A stretch of DNA of 64,000 bases from Lama glama (taxonomy: Eukaryota): positions 2,232,001-2,296,000 of the forward strand of contig CM052821.1 in NCBI GenBank assembly GCA_028534125.1, written 5' to 3'. The notes beneath the pieces are model-generated. The model was not told where the DNA came from. It did no database searches and saw nothing but the letters and a program-made list of their open reading frames with translations. The position numbers and the translations under genes were made by a program. Positions 37,893 through 50,500 of the stretch are shown piece by piece; the first letter of the stretch is position 1; each line of letters starts with the position of its first letter.

Positions 37893-39454
37893 GTCCATAG
37901 GAGCTACTGATCCTGGAATTAGTTTGTTGATGTCTGCTCAGCTTTAGGGGTAACTGTTGGCAGGGAGGAAGGCAGAAGGATCTAAGAGAACCTTTATCTC
38001 CCCCAAGTCTGGGCCCTATAGAGAACCCCCAGCCTGGGAGAGGCCTCCAGACCAGCCCAGGCTAACTGCGGGAGGCTGCAGAAACTCTCCACCGCGGGCA
38101 GGCGGGGGAGTCCTCTGCTCTCTGATTAGGGTTGATGGGGGTGGAGCATGGGTGGGACAGGACCTCCTGCCTCCGACCACCAGGGTAGAGGAGGCACCCA
38201 GCAGGCAGTGACTAGGGGAGCATTCTTGTGCTTGCAGGAGAGGGGGCTGGGGGAGGAGAGCGAAAGTAAGCTTCATGCCACAGCCAGGCACCGAAAGCTC
38301 CCTCCTCCTGCACTGAGGCCTGGCTGGGGTCCAGACTCCCTGACTACTTGTCCCCAGTTCTCCTCCTCAACTTCCAACCTCTCACTGCCCGTTTCAGTCA
38401 CCTAATCCAGCATACCCATTTCAAAAGTTCTTCCAAAGTCTTTCCTCCTTTCTCGTTGTTACAGTGAGATTCATTTTTGAATGGGGACTGGACAAGGTGA
38501 TGAGCTAGAGGACAGAGGCAGGCATTCCTCCATAGAATGTTGGAATATCCCAAAAGAAAATGAAAATGAGGTTTGTTTCCCCAACAAGCAAGTAGCTGTC
38601 AGGACCTCTACACTTCTGTCCCTATTTCTCTATTTCCAGCTTTTACACCCATGCCTATAACCTTCTGGCAAGGACTTTGCCCCAGGGGGACACACCCAGC
38701 TTTTCAGTGGCAGGTGGGAATGGGTGAGGAGGAGCAGAATTAGGGGGGCAGGAAACACTGTGGGGCTCAGCCCCCACGCAGCCGGCACGTGACAGGTGCT
38801 CCCTGAGGAGGAAGCCCAGCCCTCCCCGGCTCCCCTGTGGGACTGAGCAGGCAGGGTCACCTGGTGTAGGACAGAACTGTTAGTACAATGGTCAGTGCCA
38901 CTCCCTAGCAGGAATAAAAGAGCCACATCCTCCTCTCCTGCGCAGAACCTGAGTGGGGGAAGGGAGGGAAGCAGAAGAGAAAGCGGAGCAAGGGCCCACA
39001 GGCTACCTTCTCCCTTCACTCTGCCTTCTCCAAGCTCCAGGAAACGAGAGCCCTCATCACTTCCTGTAAGCACACAGCTGAGGGAGCAGTAAGAGCACTA
39101 ATAGCAGTCTCCTGCAAACCACAGAAGTCACAGGAGTAGCTGCTGTGGGCAGGCAGGCTCTCAACACTTTACACACACTAGTTAATTTCATGCTCACACT
39201 ATCCCCATGAAGTAGATACTATTATCATCCCACATTTTCCAGATTTTAAACAAACAAACAAAGTTATTTTTAAATAATTTGACAGGAAAGGGTGAGAAGC
39301 AGAAGCAGGGGGCTTGGAGAAGGCATATTCTTTGGATTTAGACTTGAGGGGAATGGGATTGGCTGGAGGTGGGGAAGGGGAGAAAAAACAGCCCCCGCAC
39401 GGGGCACCCAAAACTGTGAAAAGAGGAGCAGAGGCGGGTCAAGGCAGGACTCAC

Positions 39455-39700
39455 CCAACACTGGAACTAGGGTGTAACTTCAGTGTCCCTTGGAGAACGG
39501 TGGATGAAATCCAAATTTGACAGGAAGGCAGCATAAGGAGTCCCAGGCCCCAAGGGTGAGAGGTGTCCTTGTTAACAGGAGCTGTCCATGGTGTTGGGGA
39601 AGAGAGGGAAGAGACTGCCCTCCTCTTGCCAGTGTCCAGGCTTCTGACCTTCCTCTGTGCTGCCTCCTCCAGCCAGGGCTCCCTGTACCAGTCAAGCCAG
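39455..39700 (-). other. MYO1A: Probable MYO1A non-coding exon 1; 5' limit uncertain
   Basis: Consensus donor TGG|GTGAGT at 39455/39454, about 1.5 kb upstream of the exon-2 acceptor ttccag|gatcag at 37912. Confidence 0.5.
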
Positions 39701-41194
39701 GAGAGGCCAGTGACGGCTGCTCAGCACAAAGTCCGAGGCTGTTCCCGCTGAGGGTGTGGCTCACTTAACCCTTCAAAGGCCTGAAGCCCCAAAAGGGAGA
39801 TGCTCAGTTACACGAGAAAGCTCCCTCTAGGTAGGAAAGTGCATCTGGCTGGACTTAGCCGAGGGGTTCAAAAAGAGCTCTTGCTCCACTGCCCCCAAAA
39901 TTTGGAAACGAGAGTAGAAGGAGCAGACTTTATAGCCAAGGAAAAGCTTCTTCAAGAAGTCAGGAACTTTGCCAAGGAGGAAGGTAGGCTGAGGTGTCTT
40001 TCAAGCAAAAAATAGTACCTCCCTCAAACCTACCCTTCTTATCTTTTTGGGAGTCAGAGGGTCTTAATGACATTACTTGGGAGAACTAAGCGGACAAAAC
40101 CCTGAAATTTCCATTTCCCTCCCTCCATGAATCAGACCCCACCATACAGATCCCGAGTTAGTGGTAACACCTGACATTTGTTTCATTCGTTTTCATAGAA
40201 CTCCGTTACCTGTACCATCTCACTGGATCACACCACCCCATGAGGTAGGCAGTGCAGACTCACTCCATTAAAAAGGAAAATTAGAAGCAAGCACTGAGGT
40301 TCAGAGTGGTGACACAACGAGCCCATAGTTCCACAGACAGTACGTGACAGAACCAAAAACAAAATGCAGCTTCCTGCTCCTAAGTCAGCCCAAGGTTCCA
40401 GCCCAAGTCCTAGTATCTCTCAGGTTAATCCTTCTTCTGTGCTAAAAAACTGAGTAAGACCCTAGGCTGCTGTTTCCTGGGCACTAGCCCAGCTGGAAAT
40501 AGTTGCCTCTGATAGATAAGAAGCTTATAAAATTCTGTTTTCCAGGGGACCCCCTCAACCACCCAGGGAAATTCCTAAAGAGCAGGCTCCCTCTTCCCAG
40601 CATCCTCCCTCCAAGGTATGCACAAAGAGCAAATCAGGTCATTACAAACACTTAGCTGAAGGCAGACTTGATCGTCCAACTCCCAGCCACAGCTGCTTGG
40701 TTCAAGGTCCAAACTCTACTGCTCTCGCAGAAGCACTCTGCATAAGCCTGGCCCATCAGCAGTTCCATTACCAACCTGCCCTTACATAATTTATTGATCG
40801 ACTATATGTATTTTAAGGGGGGAAGGGCAAGGAAAAGGCGGGGGGAAGCTGAGTGGAAGTGCCATCAGCATACAATCCCACGTACAGGAAGAGCAGCACC
40901 ACAGCGTCAGAGGCAGAAATGACTGAAGACCCCTTACTCTGCAGTGGAGGGAACAGACCTGGAGTGAGAAACCACTTTCTCAGGATCACACCACTGCAGA
41001 CCTGGCAGAGCTGGGACCAGCACCCAGGTCTCCTGTTTTCCAGGCCAGGAATCTTCAGCTGCCTACGACTGGGGTTGTATCTGTGTCCACTCGTTCTCAT
41101 TTACTGAGTGCCTACTGTGTGCTCACATGAGAGAAGTGACTCTAAAATGGGACGGCGACCTCAAGCTTAGGAACAGTGGCATGAACATCACAGC

Positions 41195-41307
41195 TGGGGG
41201 CCAAGTGTCCTGGTTTGTCTGAGACCGGAGGTGGGTTCTCTGGACGTGGGAATTGGAGTGCTGAAACTAGGAAAGTTCCGGGCAAACTGGGATGAACGGA
41301 TCACTCT
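41195..41307. mobile_element. MER94-like (hAT-Blackjack) element
   Basis: gtcctggtttgtctgagac ... gtgctgaaactaggaaagttccgggcaaactgggatgaa; a more degraded copy lies at ~12850-12940. Confidence 0.5.
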
Positions 41308-41682
41308 ACATTAACAAGATACAAAATATACATCCAGCTCAGCTGGGATTTCAAGACCTGTCAAGAGCGTTCCCAGGCTTGGCGGGAGGCACGGGGGACG
41401 CAGGATGTGATCTCCTGCTTCCCAGGCAACACGGAAGCAGCTGGAGCTCACTGGTCTCCCTCCAGCCTGAGGGCCGCTCCCTTCTCCCATTAAGATTTCT
41501 AGTCTGTGTAATGGGCACGAGGGAAATCTTCGGGGGTGACGGAAATGTTCTGTGTTCTGACTGTGGTGGTGGTTTCACAACTGTCTGTATTTGTCAAAAC
41601 TCAGCAAAATTTAAAACTGGTGAATTTTACTGTATTGTATAATTTAAAAATTATACTACAATAAATCTGGTGAAGAACTCGA

Positions 41683-41706
41683 AGCAGCAGCAGCAGCAGC
41701 AGCAGC
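41683..41706. repeat. (AGC)8 trinucleotide repeat at the tail of an L1 3' fragment (~41520-41670)
   Basis: Direct reading. Confidence 0.9.
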
Positions 41707-41937
41707 AATTCTAAACCTTTTAGTGCTAGTTTCTGCGAGTTGGGAGGGCTGCAATCTGCCCTCGCACTCATCGGTCCAATACACTCCTCCCAGGACTTTC
41801 TATTCACTTTCAAAAAGATGTTTCACGATAAAAACACGGAAGTTTTCAGGTACAGTGGAGAAGATATTTGGTGGTAGAAGATCTTTCTGACTCTCACAAA
41901 TTATCTGGTGTCCATCAGTAGCAACACTGATCAAGCC

Positions 41938-42161
41938 CAGCTGACCCTTGAACAACGTGGGTTTGAACTCCCTGGTCCATTTATATTCAGATGTTTCAAA
42001 AAATACATACCGCCGCTACACGACCTGGGGGTGGCTGAATCTGCAGGTGCAGAACTGCACCTGCAGGGGGGCTCCAACTGTAAAGTTACAGGCAGATCTA
42101 CTGCATGGAGGGTCGGCACCCCTAACCCTTTCCACCCCGGCATTGTTTAAAGAGTCAGCTG
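41938..42161. mobile_element. Tigger2-like MITE (TcMar)
   Basis: TIRs cagctgacccttgaacaa ... ttgtttaaagagtcagctg followed by TA. A MER5A fragment follows at ~42190-42355. Confidence 0.75.
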
Positions 42162-43219
42162 TACTTATTATGTGCCAGGCAACAACTTTAATACTATTCA
42201 AAGTGAAGTCCACAGACCAGCAGCATCTGACTCACCTGGGAGCTTATGAGAAATGCAGAACTTGGCCCCAACCCAGACTTCCTAAATCAGAAATCTGCAT
42301 TTTAACAAGTACCCCAGATGATGCCCATGCATGTTAAAGTTTGAGAAGAAATGCTTTACACACCTTACCTTTTTTTTTTATCCTCACCAAAACTCTATGA
42401 TGTTGCAAATCTGACAATTGTGCTTTAAGTTTTTATTAATTCAACCATGGGTGATCATCTAATACCTCTTATTTACCTAGCTTGGTCATAGAAGGGAGAG
42501 AAGAAAGGATGTCATTAGTGAGCGTTAATCTACATAAATTTGCATATGATCCACATCCTGTTCTCTTCCTATTTCACCAAATGTCTTTGAAAAATGGACA
42601 ATGGATTTCCAAGTAGTCTAAATAACCGAGAAGCGAGGAGACAGGTACAGAATTAATGCAAGTGCTATGTCAGATTCCCAGAGCAAAGAAAATAGCCAAA
42701 ACATAAAAAGGTTCCAAATTCGCTACTGCAAAAGCTGAGCCCAGGCATAACTGAAGTTTTTATTCCATGGCCCCTAACACTCGCTACAGCCCTGCTCCCT
42801 TTCACCCTACATTTTCTTGGCAGGCATCTCAGAGCTGGATCACAGGTCTTCCCTCATCCCAATGGAGAAACAAAAGAGATACTTTAGGTCATTAGAAAAA
42901 AAAAAAAAGAAAAGAAAAGAACTAAAGTACAGAGCAGCTCCCTACAGCAGGAATAAACTATACCTTGCTTTTCTATGAGACAGCACAGCGGTCCAGCCCA
43001 CTGCTTCTGCAAAGCTACCGCAAAATCATCTAGTCCGAGGATGGAAAGAGATCAAGACAGACCCAGGATGGGGAGAAGTGGTTAAAAAAAAGAAAAAGGA
43101 AAATAAATGGCATGCAAAACCATCTCATTAGAAAAATGAAACAGAGGAGCTAATTGCTGATTTCCTGAAAACAAGAGATCCAAACAAGAAAAGTGTATAT
43201 GTTCATTAAGAGAAACCAC

Positions 43220-46200
43220 TCTATCGTCTATAAAACTTTATTAAAATTGGGATTACTTACAAACTTGTACAATAAAAATGAAAAAATATATATAATAAGA
43301 CATTTTTATTTGTTTCTTACAGAAAAGAGTGAAAATGAGACCCATGGCTAAGTCATCCCTGATCATTTTGTTCCTTTCAAACATTCATGACACTTATTTT
43401 AAATATAAATGATAAATCTTTTAAAATAACACTAAGGCATTACCCACAGGCTAAAACTGACCCAGTAATTCCTTACCCCTGCTACTTCACCCTCAATTCT
43501 AGAAACATGGTAGACTGAGGCAATCGCAGGCTAACAGTTCTGATACTCACATTATGAGCTACTATGTCAACAAGATAAGAATGCTGCCCATGCTGTAGAA
43601 AGTTTCAGAGAAGGTGACTTCACCATTTTCAAGTTATTGTTATGAGTGTGAAAAGGAAGATGACACACATGGGTGGGTGGTGTAGGAGCCAAAAGCCCCA
43701 AATTTGGGAGGCTTTGTGCCATTTCCATCCCCACTAAAGCTGTGCGTTGACACTGGCATGAAATCCGCTTTGTTTATTCCCGGCAGGCTCTGGCTCCCAT
43801 CACATAAGGCACCAAACTCCCTTTTCAAGGTAGTAACCATGTGGAATCCAACTCAACAGCAACTGAATCCGTAAGCTAAGTTACCAAGAGACACCGCTGG
43901 ATCACAATTGCATAGGTTTCCCTAAAAAATCATTTCTGCTACATCAAAACATAAACCAAAGGTTTTAGGTGCATCTGCCTTGTGCAATGGCTATTTTATG
44001 TTTATTACTTGGTTTCAGTGCCTATGTAACATGAAGGTATAATAAATCTGTCAAACTGTCCTCTCCTTGGTTCAGATAAAGTTCTTGGCATTTCAATATA
44101 GGTTATTATCTCATATGTCAGGCCTCAGTCTAAAGGAATACTAGAAGGACATTTAATTTCCTTTCCTCCTACTTCAACTTTCACTCTCAATTCAGAGAGA
44201 AGTTATGAGTACATAGCTAGGAACCATTTTACGCAGGCATCCATCTGAGCCCATCTTTTTTTCTGGAACAACAAAAAGATTGAGGGCAATTGCATAATCC
44301 ACCCCCAAGCCTTTTATGGCTATCAGGGCCTGGGGGAGCTATCTGGCCTATCTGGGTCCTTTCAGTCATCAAATCTCTACCGTGTATGCCGAGTGGGGAC
44401 TGCGCTGAAGAGAGGGCTAGGCCCTAGGAGGGGACACATTAGCACAAAATGGAACACTGGGACTCCAAGTCTGTCTGCAGCAAAATCCTGTAACAGACCT
44501 AAAAGTCATGAATTTGGGGGGAGAAATAAACTAGCTTTGGTAGGATGAAGTGGCTGATAGGAATTTCTTATTAGAAGATATTAAAGTTGCAAAACTTTCC
44601 TTATTTTCAGTCATTGGTTCCATCGGTCTTGTGGAAGCAATGTGAGTGGGAAAGTGAAGGGGAAATGTTCTAGGCCGGTTGGCTCTTGTACTCCCATTAA
44701 GGGGAGTCATACTGTACACAGCTCAGGCAGACCGATTAGAGGCAATAGATTTCCAATGCTGATGAGACCCTGAGCCCTAGCGTCCATTTACAGCTTGGTA
44801 TTTGCCGAGCAAGACGCTGACGTGGCAGCAGACGTGGCTCCAATGTCCAGCTCACTCCACAGTTACCCCTTCAGTCCTTCTTGATGAGATCGGTCTGAGA
44901 GATGAGACTATGCTGAAATTGCAAGAGCTGTAACTGCCAGAGAAAATTAAATGGGGGCTTCAAGTAGTGACTGAGCCAGCAGACTAAGTGGCCAAGAGGG
45001 AGACAAGAGCAGCTCCCAAACAAGGTTTATGGAGTCGAGCAATCTCCGGGCACACAGAGGCCCGGAAGCATCTGGGGCAGAGCCACACAGGCAGGCAGGG
45101 CAAGGACACAGCACATCAGAGGCACCGTCCTTCACTGCCTGAGAGCGGCTCTCATGGTGAGGGACCCGTTGTCGTCGCCACTGCCTACAGCCCAGTTCTC
45201 CAACTACCAGACAGGGAGTAATAAACTGAGTGTGATTCTACTCACCCCAAATTCAAACACAGTGAAAAAACTAGTCTTGAGATGGAAACTGTAGCACATA
45301 AAGAGTTTACTAAAGAGAAAAAGAGGAGAATCTTTCTCTACTTCACGATGCTTTCTCACTGAAGCACAGATACGAGTCAGGATAATGAAAAAGAATTTGA
45401 AGAAGAATATATATAGAGATGAAAGACATGAGTCAGGAAGTCACCCTGGAGGCAACCGACAATGACCCTAAGTAGGTATGTGGAGAAAGGCACCAAAGTC
45501 TTCAGGAAATCCTGAGACCACTTGTACAGCCGAATTATTTTTTTAAATCAAATTATGCTCAAAGATGCTAGGTCTTCATTTCTATAAATGAGGCAAAAAA
45601 ATAATAAATTTCAGAGGCCTTAACATTTCTTTGTAGAGGGGTAACATTTTACCATGAACATAATTCAAAAGGTATAAAGGTTTCCCAATATAAAGCAACT
45701 TTAACCCATTGCATCTGCCCAAATACTGCTTATTTTTCACTTTCTGCTGTATATCTATTTGCTGCCAATTGAGGTAGTTGTCTGTTTAGGACAGCTTAAA
45801 TCTGTGGAAAACACTGGCAGAAAAAAAAAATCAACTGGCCACCTGGAGGGGAGTCTCAGTGCTCACATTTTGGAAGTTAGTGACACAGCCCAAGGCCTTT
45901 CAAAATTATCTGCTAAATGGCTGGTCAGAAGGAGACATTACAGCTTTTTAAAAATCATCTGCCATCTCCGTGATCACAGTGAGCCAGCCAGTCCGATGCC
46001 ATGCTCCCTGCCATCAGTGTCCACCTTCCTGGCTAAAGTAACTACAGCTTTCTCCAGCGTACGAGGGTGAAGATCACAAAGGCAGAACCGAGCAAGCAGC
46101 AGAGACTTGGGAGTTTGCTCCCTCATAAACGGCGCTGCTGGTTTATAAGGGTGCTTTCCAGAGCCAAGAGAATGTGAAACCAGTGCCACTGTAATAAAAG

Positions 46201-47560
46201 GCAGCATGAATCTCTGGTCAGAAATGGAATTGCAAGTAAGTACAAGAAGTTCATGGAAAAATGCATCTGACCCTGATGGCAGAATGAGCATGGGAGGCAC
46301 GAGGACTATCCGGAGGTCCAGCTCCTGGCAGCGTAAACTGAGGCAGCTGCAGGGCCACAACTTGTATGCTGTGTCAAGACCCTTCGCGGATCGTTTCAGG
46401 GCTTGCAAACTAGCCAGGCTTCCTGGCAGGGAGGGGTCCAGGTGGTAAGGAAAGGCTGAAAAGAACAGGCAGAATGGGTAGAAAAAGGAAGGCAAAGGAA
46501 AAGGAGACAGTTTCTTGATTTCCCAACAATTCAAAGATACGTGACCCACTGACAGGAAAAATGGAGAACCTATAAAAAGCATTTAAATTCCCTCAATAAG
46601 ACCACCCCTCCCAACTAGCAGGACAAAGCCCTGCTGTAAGCCGGGCGAAGAGGAGGTAAGAAATGAAACGCGCTGAGCTGCCCATAACTCAGAGGTGAGG
46701 AGCTGGACCTTTCCTGAAAGGGCAAAGGGGGCAAGCAGGAACAAGAAGGCAAGCACGCAAATGTATTCTTAAGATGAAACTGAAAGTTAAATATAATAAA
46801 AAGGCCAACAGACCTCCCCTACAGACGGGCCTGCTGGCATGTTCCTGAAAGCGAGCAGGACTGAGAATGTCATAGGTGTGAGAACTAACTCCAAGGTCAA
46901 CACGACAGCTCCTGCAGCTTTAATGGATAATCCATGTAGATAAGCAGGTAGGGGCCTATGGGGCTTGTCACTTGCTAGTTCTGCAACATGAGTTTGTTAC
47001 ATTTTTTAAAATGTATTCATTTAAAAAGCAAGACAGATAAATAATTACTTTCCTCTTAAAACAGGTAAAGCGAGGATTATGCTAAAGTCAATGAAATAAA
47101 AGCAGAAGTGGAAGAGACTCAGATCTGTAGATTTGTCTCTAAAACATGCAGCCTATAGTCTGAAAGCATTACTTCACATGTGACAGTCCTCACTTCTGAG
47201 TTTGAAATGCCATGACTGGATCAACTTTCAAAGAGGAGCTGGAATGCCATGTGGCCATCCAGGTTCTTTGGAAACATAAAGGTGGGCCGAGAGCTTAACC
47301 AATGGGAAGCAATGGGATAAAGCAATAAGGATGAGTGATAAAGCAATCACTTACTTTATCCACTCTCCTTCCGTGAGATCCCAGAGACCACCAAGGCCAT
47401 TTCCAGAGGGAGGCCTACTCACATTCAGGCCTCGAATTTCAGTGGGAGAACTTCTGCACTATCTCCCTCTATTACAAAGATTTGAGAAGCAATTGCACAA
47501 CACATGCAACCTGCACCATCCAGGTACAAGCCAATCCACGTGAAAATAACTGACTGCCAC
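43220..47560 (-). other. NEMP1: NEMP1 long 3'UTR (~4.3 kb)
   Basis: Follows the stop at 47561; AATAAA (minus) at 43305-43310 and 43237-43242 with a nearby UGUA. Length agrees with the long mammalian NEMP1 mRNA as recalled. Confidence 0.6.
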
Positions 47561-50500
47561 CTAGGTCAGGAAGTTGTTCTGTTGTGCGACAATGGGGTAC
47601 CGAGGATCCGCGTCCTCCTCCTCAGAGGATGTCTGTTCATAGAGTTCATCCTGGGCAATAATGCTCCCTAAGCCATACTCCTGCTCGTGGACAGAGACCT
47701 CATTCAGAGTGAGGTGGAAAGAACCTTCCACAAAATCAGCAAATCTGCAAGAGAGAAGATAATAGTCATTAGGAACCTGCCCGCTGCCTTTTCTGTTTTC
47801 TTTCAAAATAAGAGTAAATTGAAACCCCTGATACGCTCTCAGCTCAAATTATATTGAGTCTAGCCAATACCTTTGTTCTTACTCCGGCAGGTAAGCAGCC
47901 TAAAGCAAGAAATAAGAAGAAAAGGAAAGCTGGGGTCACAGGCCAACGTCCCCGGCAACCCCATCCTGCTTAGTAAGCACGCCCCGTCATGGGGTGGTAG
48001 TTGCCCTTCTCAGTCATGGAAGTGCTAAAGTTCCCTTAGTCATCGTAATCCCGACAAGAGGGGATTAAGGGGTGTTTATCTGTGTTTATGGCCCTATAAA
48101 CTTTATGGCATCAGGATTCCAAATTGAAGCTTCACCTACTCATTGGTACGGTTGCTTCCAAATAAAAAGGACCCCATTCCCCTGCTGCCAAAAGTTTTTT
48201 AAAAACCACTCAAAGAGCAATGAATCAGAGAGGAAACAATACGGTACTGGAGTCTTTTCATCTGAATGCTACAGACAAAGCCACAGCAAAGAGCTCCTTG
48301 AGGAACCCCAAAAGGCTTCACATATGATGATATACACACCTTTCTCTTGACTACTCCCAATGAACAAGAAAACAGAGCCGTAGGTACAAAATGATCACCC
48401 AGAAGTAGGCTCTCTGGGCATGGCCACCCTGACAGACATGCGGCATTTTTGGCCAAGAGTTTATGTACCTCTTTGGAGACTGGATTCGAGAAATGGTTTT
48501 CCAAGCTGAGCAGTCTGGACTGTTGCAGTATTCTCTAAGCTCCTCTAAAGCCTTTCGGGTCTCCACTTCTCCTTGTATCCGATACTCTTCTTCTGTCAGG
48601 AGACGAGGGGGGACAGTCTTTTCTGTTGCCTTACACACCTTTCTGTGCTCACCAAAATAACACCATGAATGATTAATCAGTAATCGACATCCATCTTACC
48701 TTCAGCGGGCCAAGCATACAGCAGAGAGCCTGAACATTAAGAGTCACTGCTCCCACCTTTCTCCTATAGACACTTTTAGTTATAATGAACTCGACACATT
48801 AGACTATGAGTGACAAATGAGGAGTCAGTGTTATTCACTAATGTGAATAAATTCACTTATTTTCCAATAAATGATAGACAAAATATTTATCTTCCCATAA
48901 ACCGAAAAATCACAAGAAAATGATGGCATAAGACTGTGGTCCATTAACTTGAGCCCCCCAAACTGAAGACATCACTTTGACTATCTATAATAGTCAACCA
49001 CAGATAACCTCAGAACCTATGACCACTCCATAGTCACTATGCAAGATGATAACATGCTTTGAATTACATCTTAAAATAAGACAGGACTTCCAGAGCAATC
49101 TGAGAGCCAGTGTGAAACAATCCGAAACCAGGTGACCTGAGGCGTGTGGGGTAAAAGTGATACACTCGGCACCACCTAGTGGTAACAGGAACACATGACA
49201 TTTCACTAGATGCTTTCATTTCATGTAAAATAACTAGAATTTATAAGTTCTACAAAATGCCTACATAGAATCTAAAAAGAAAGACAAGAAAGAAATTAAA
49301 GTGAAGCATAACACCATTAACAAACAGGCTCCCAGGGTAACACCTCTGTAGCCTTCTGCTGCAACTGCACCCCACATCACACACTTCAGTACAGAGCTAC
49401 GTTGCCTTGCAGTCACCTGTAGGTGATGTACAGCCAGTGAACAGGGTACTCCAGGTTCTTAGTACACAGTGCAATGATGACAACGCCAAGGGCGATATGC
49501 GGTATCTGGATGCCAGAATACATGAAACACAGGCCCATCAGCTGTAAGGTCCAGGTTAGCAGGTTGATACTTCGTTCGTTCTCCAAGGGCCCATACTTGT
49601 AACAGACTGCAAAACTCATGAATCCAACTGTGAGGACGTAGCCTAGGAGAAGAGTTATCAGAAGACATTCTTTTGCATCTAAAACTGGTAAAAATAATCT
49701 GTGTAGGGAACAGTAGTAAATTCACTATATAGCACCTATTGAACCCGGAAAATGGGTAAGATCTTTACTCAAGTATTCACACTTTTTTCATTAATCAGAT
49801 ATATTTATCTCCTTAAGTTTCTGTCCTTTCTGTTGTACCAAATGGAGTAGAGCTACATGCTGAACAACTCTAAAATAGTCTAAAAAACCTTTATACAAGA
49901 AACTCCAAATTAATCACCTCTCAAAGGGCAGATTAAGGGTTACTATCTATATAACCAAAGGATTCTTGCTTTATAGATAAGATTCACAGTAGAGTCCTTT
50001 ACTTCTTAAAGTTATCAAGTATATTTAAAAATATGATTATACTTATAAAATTTACAGTTTTTCAGAAAGATGCCTATTGTGTAAAGAGAAGGTGTACTTA
50101 TAAACATCAACAAATTAAAGTCTTCTGCCTAGCAGCATCATTTTAATCTAAGAGAAAGTGACAACTATAGAGGGGTTAGAAGTAAGTAAAGAACTATGAT
50201 TCTTACAAGTTAATAAAATGGCACAGGCTATTAAACTCCTGCAAGCAGGCAACATCTTTTCATGATCAAATTAACTAAAACAGCCTATAAACATATATAA
50301 AGAAAAGCAAAACCAGTAACACTTACTTAAGAGATACTGCCAGTAACACCTCCAGATCTCTTGTAAATTTTTAAAAACTAGTTGAATGAGGTACAGAGAA
50401 AAGGACCAGCCTCCCACCAGGATGATGTAAATGGGACTTTTCTAAGATAGAGTAGAAGTGAAAGCAAAAAGTTACAACAGGCTTTCCATACATAAAAGAA

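Noticed and set aside
45974-46582. 202-aa minus-strand ORF in the NEMP1 3'UTR
   Set aside because: No recognisable domain or coding-like composition; within chance for a window this size.
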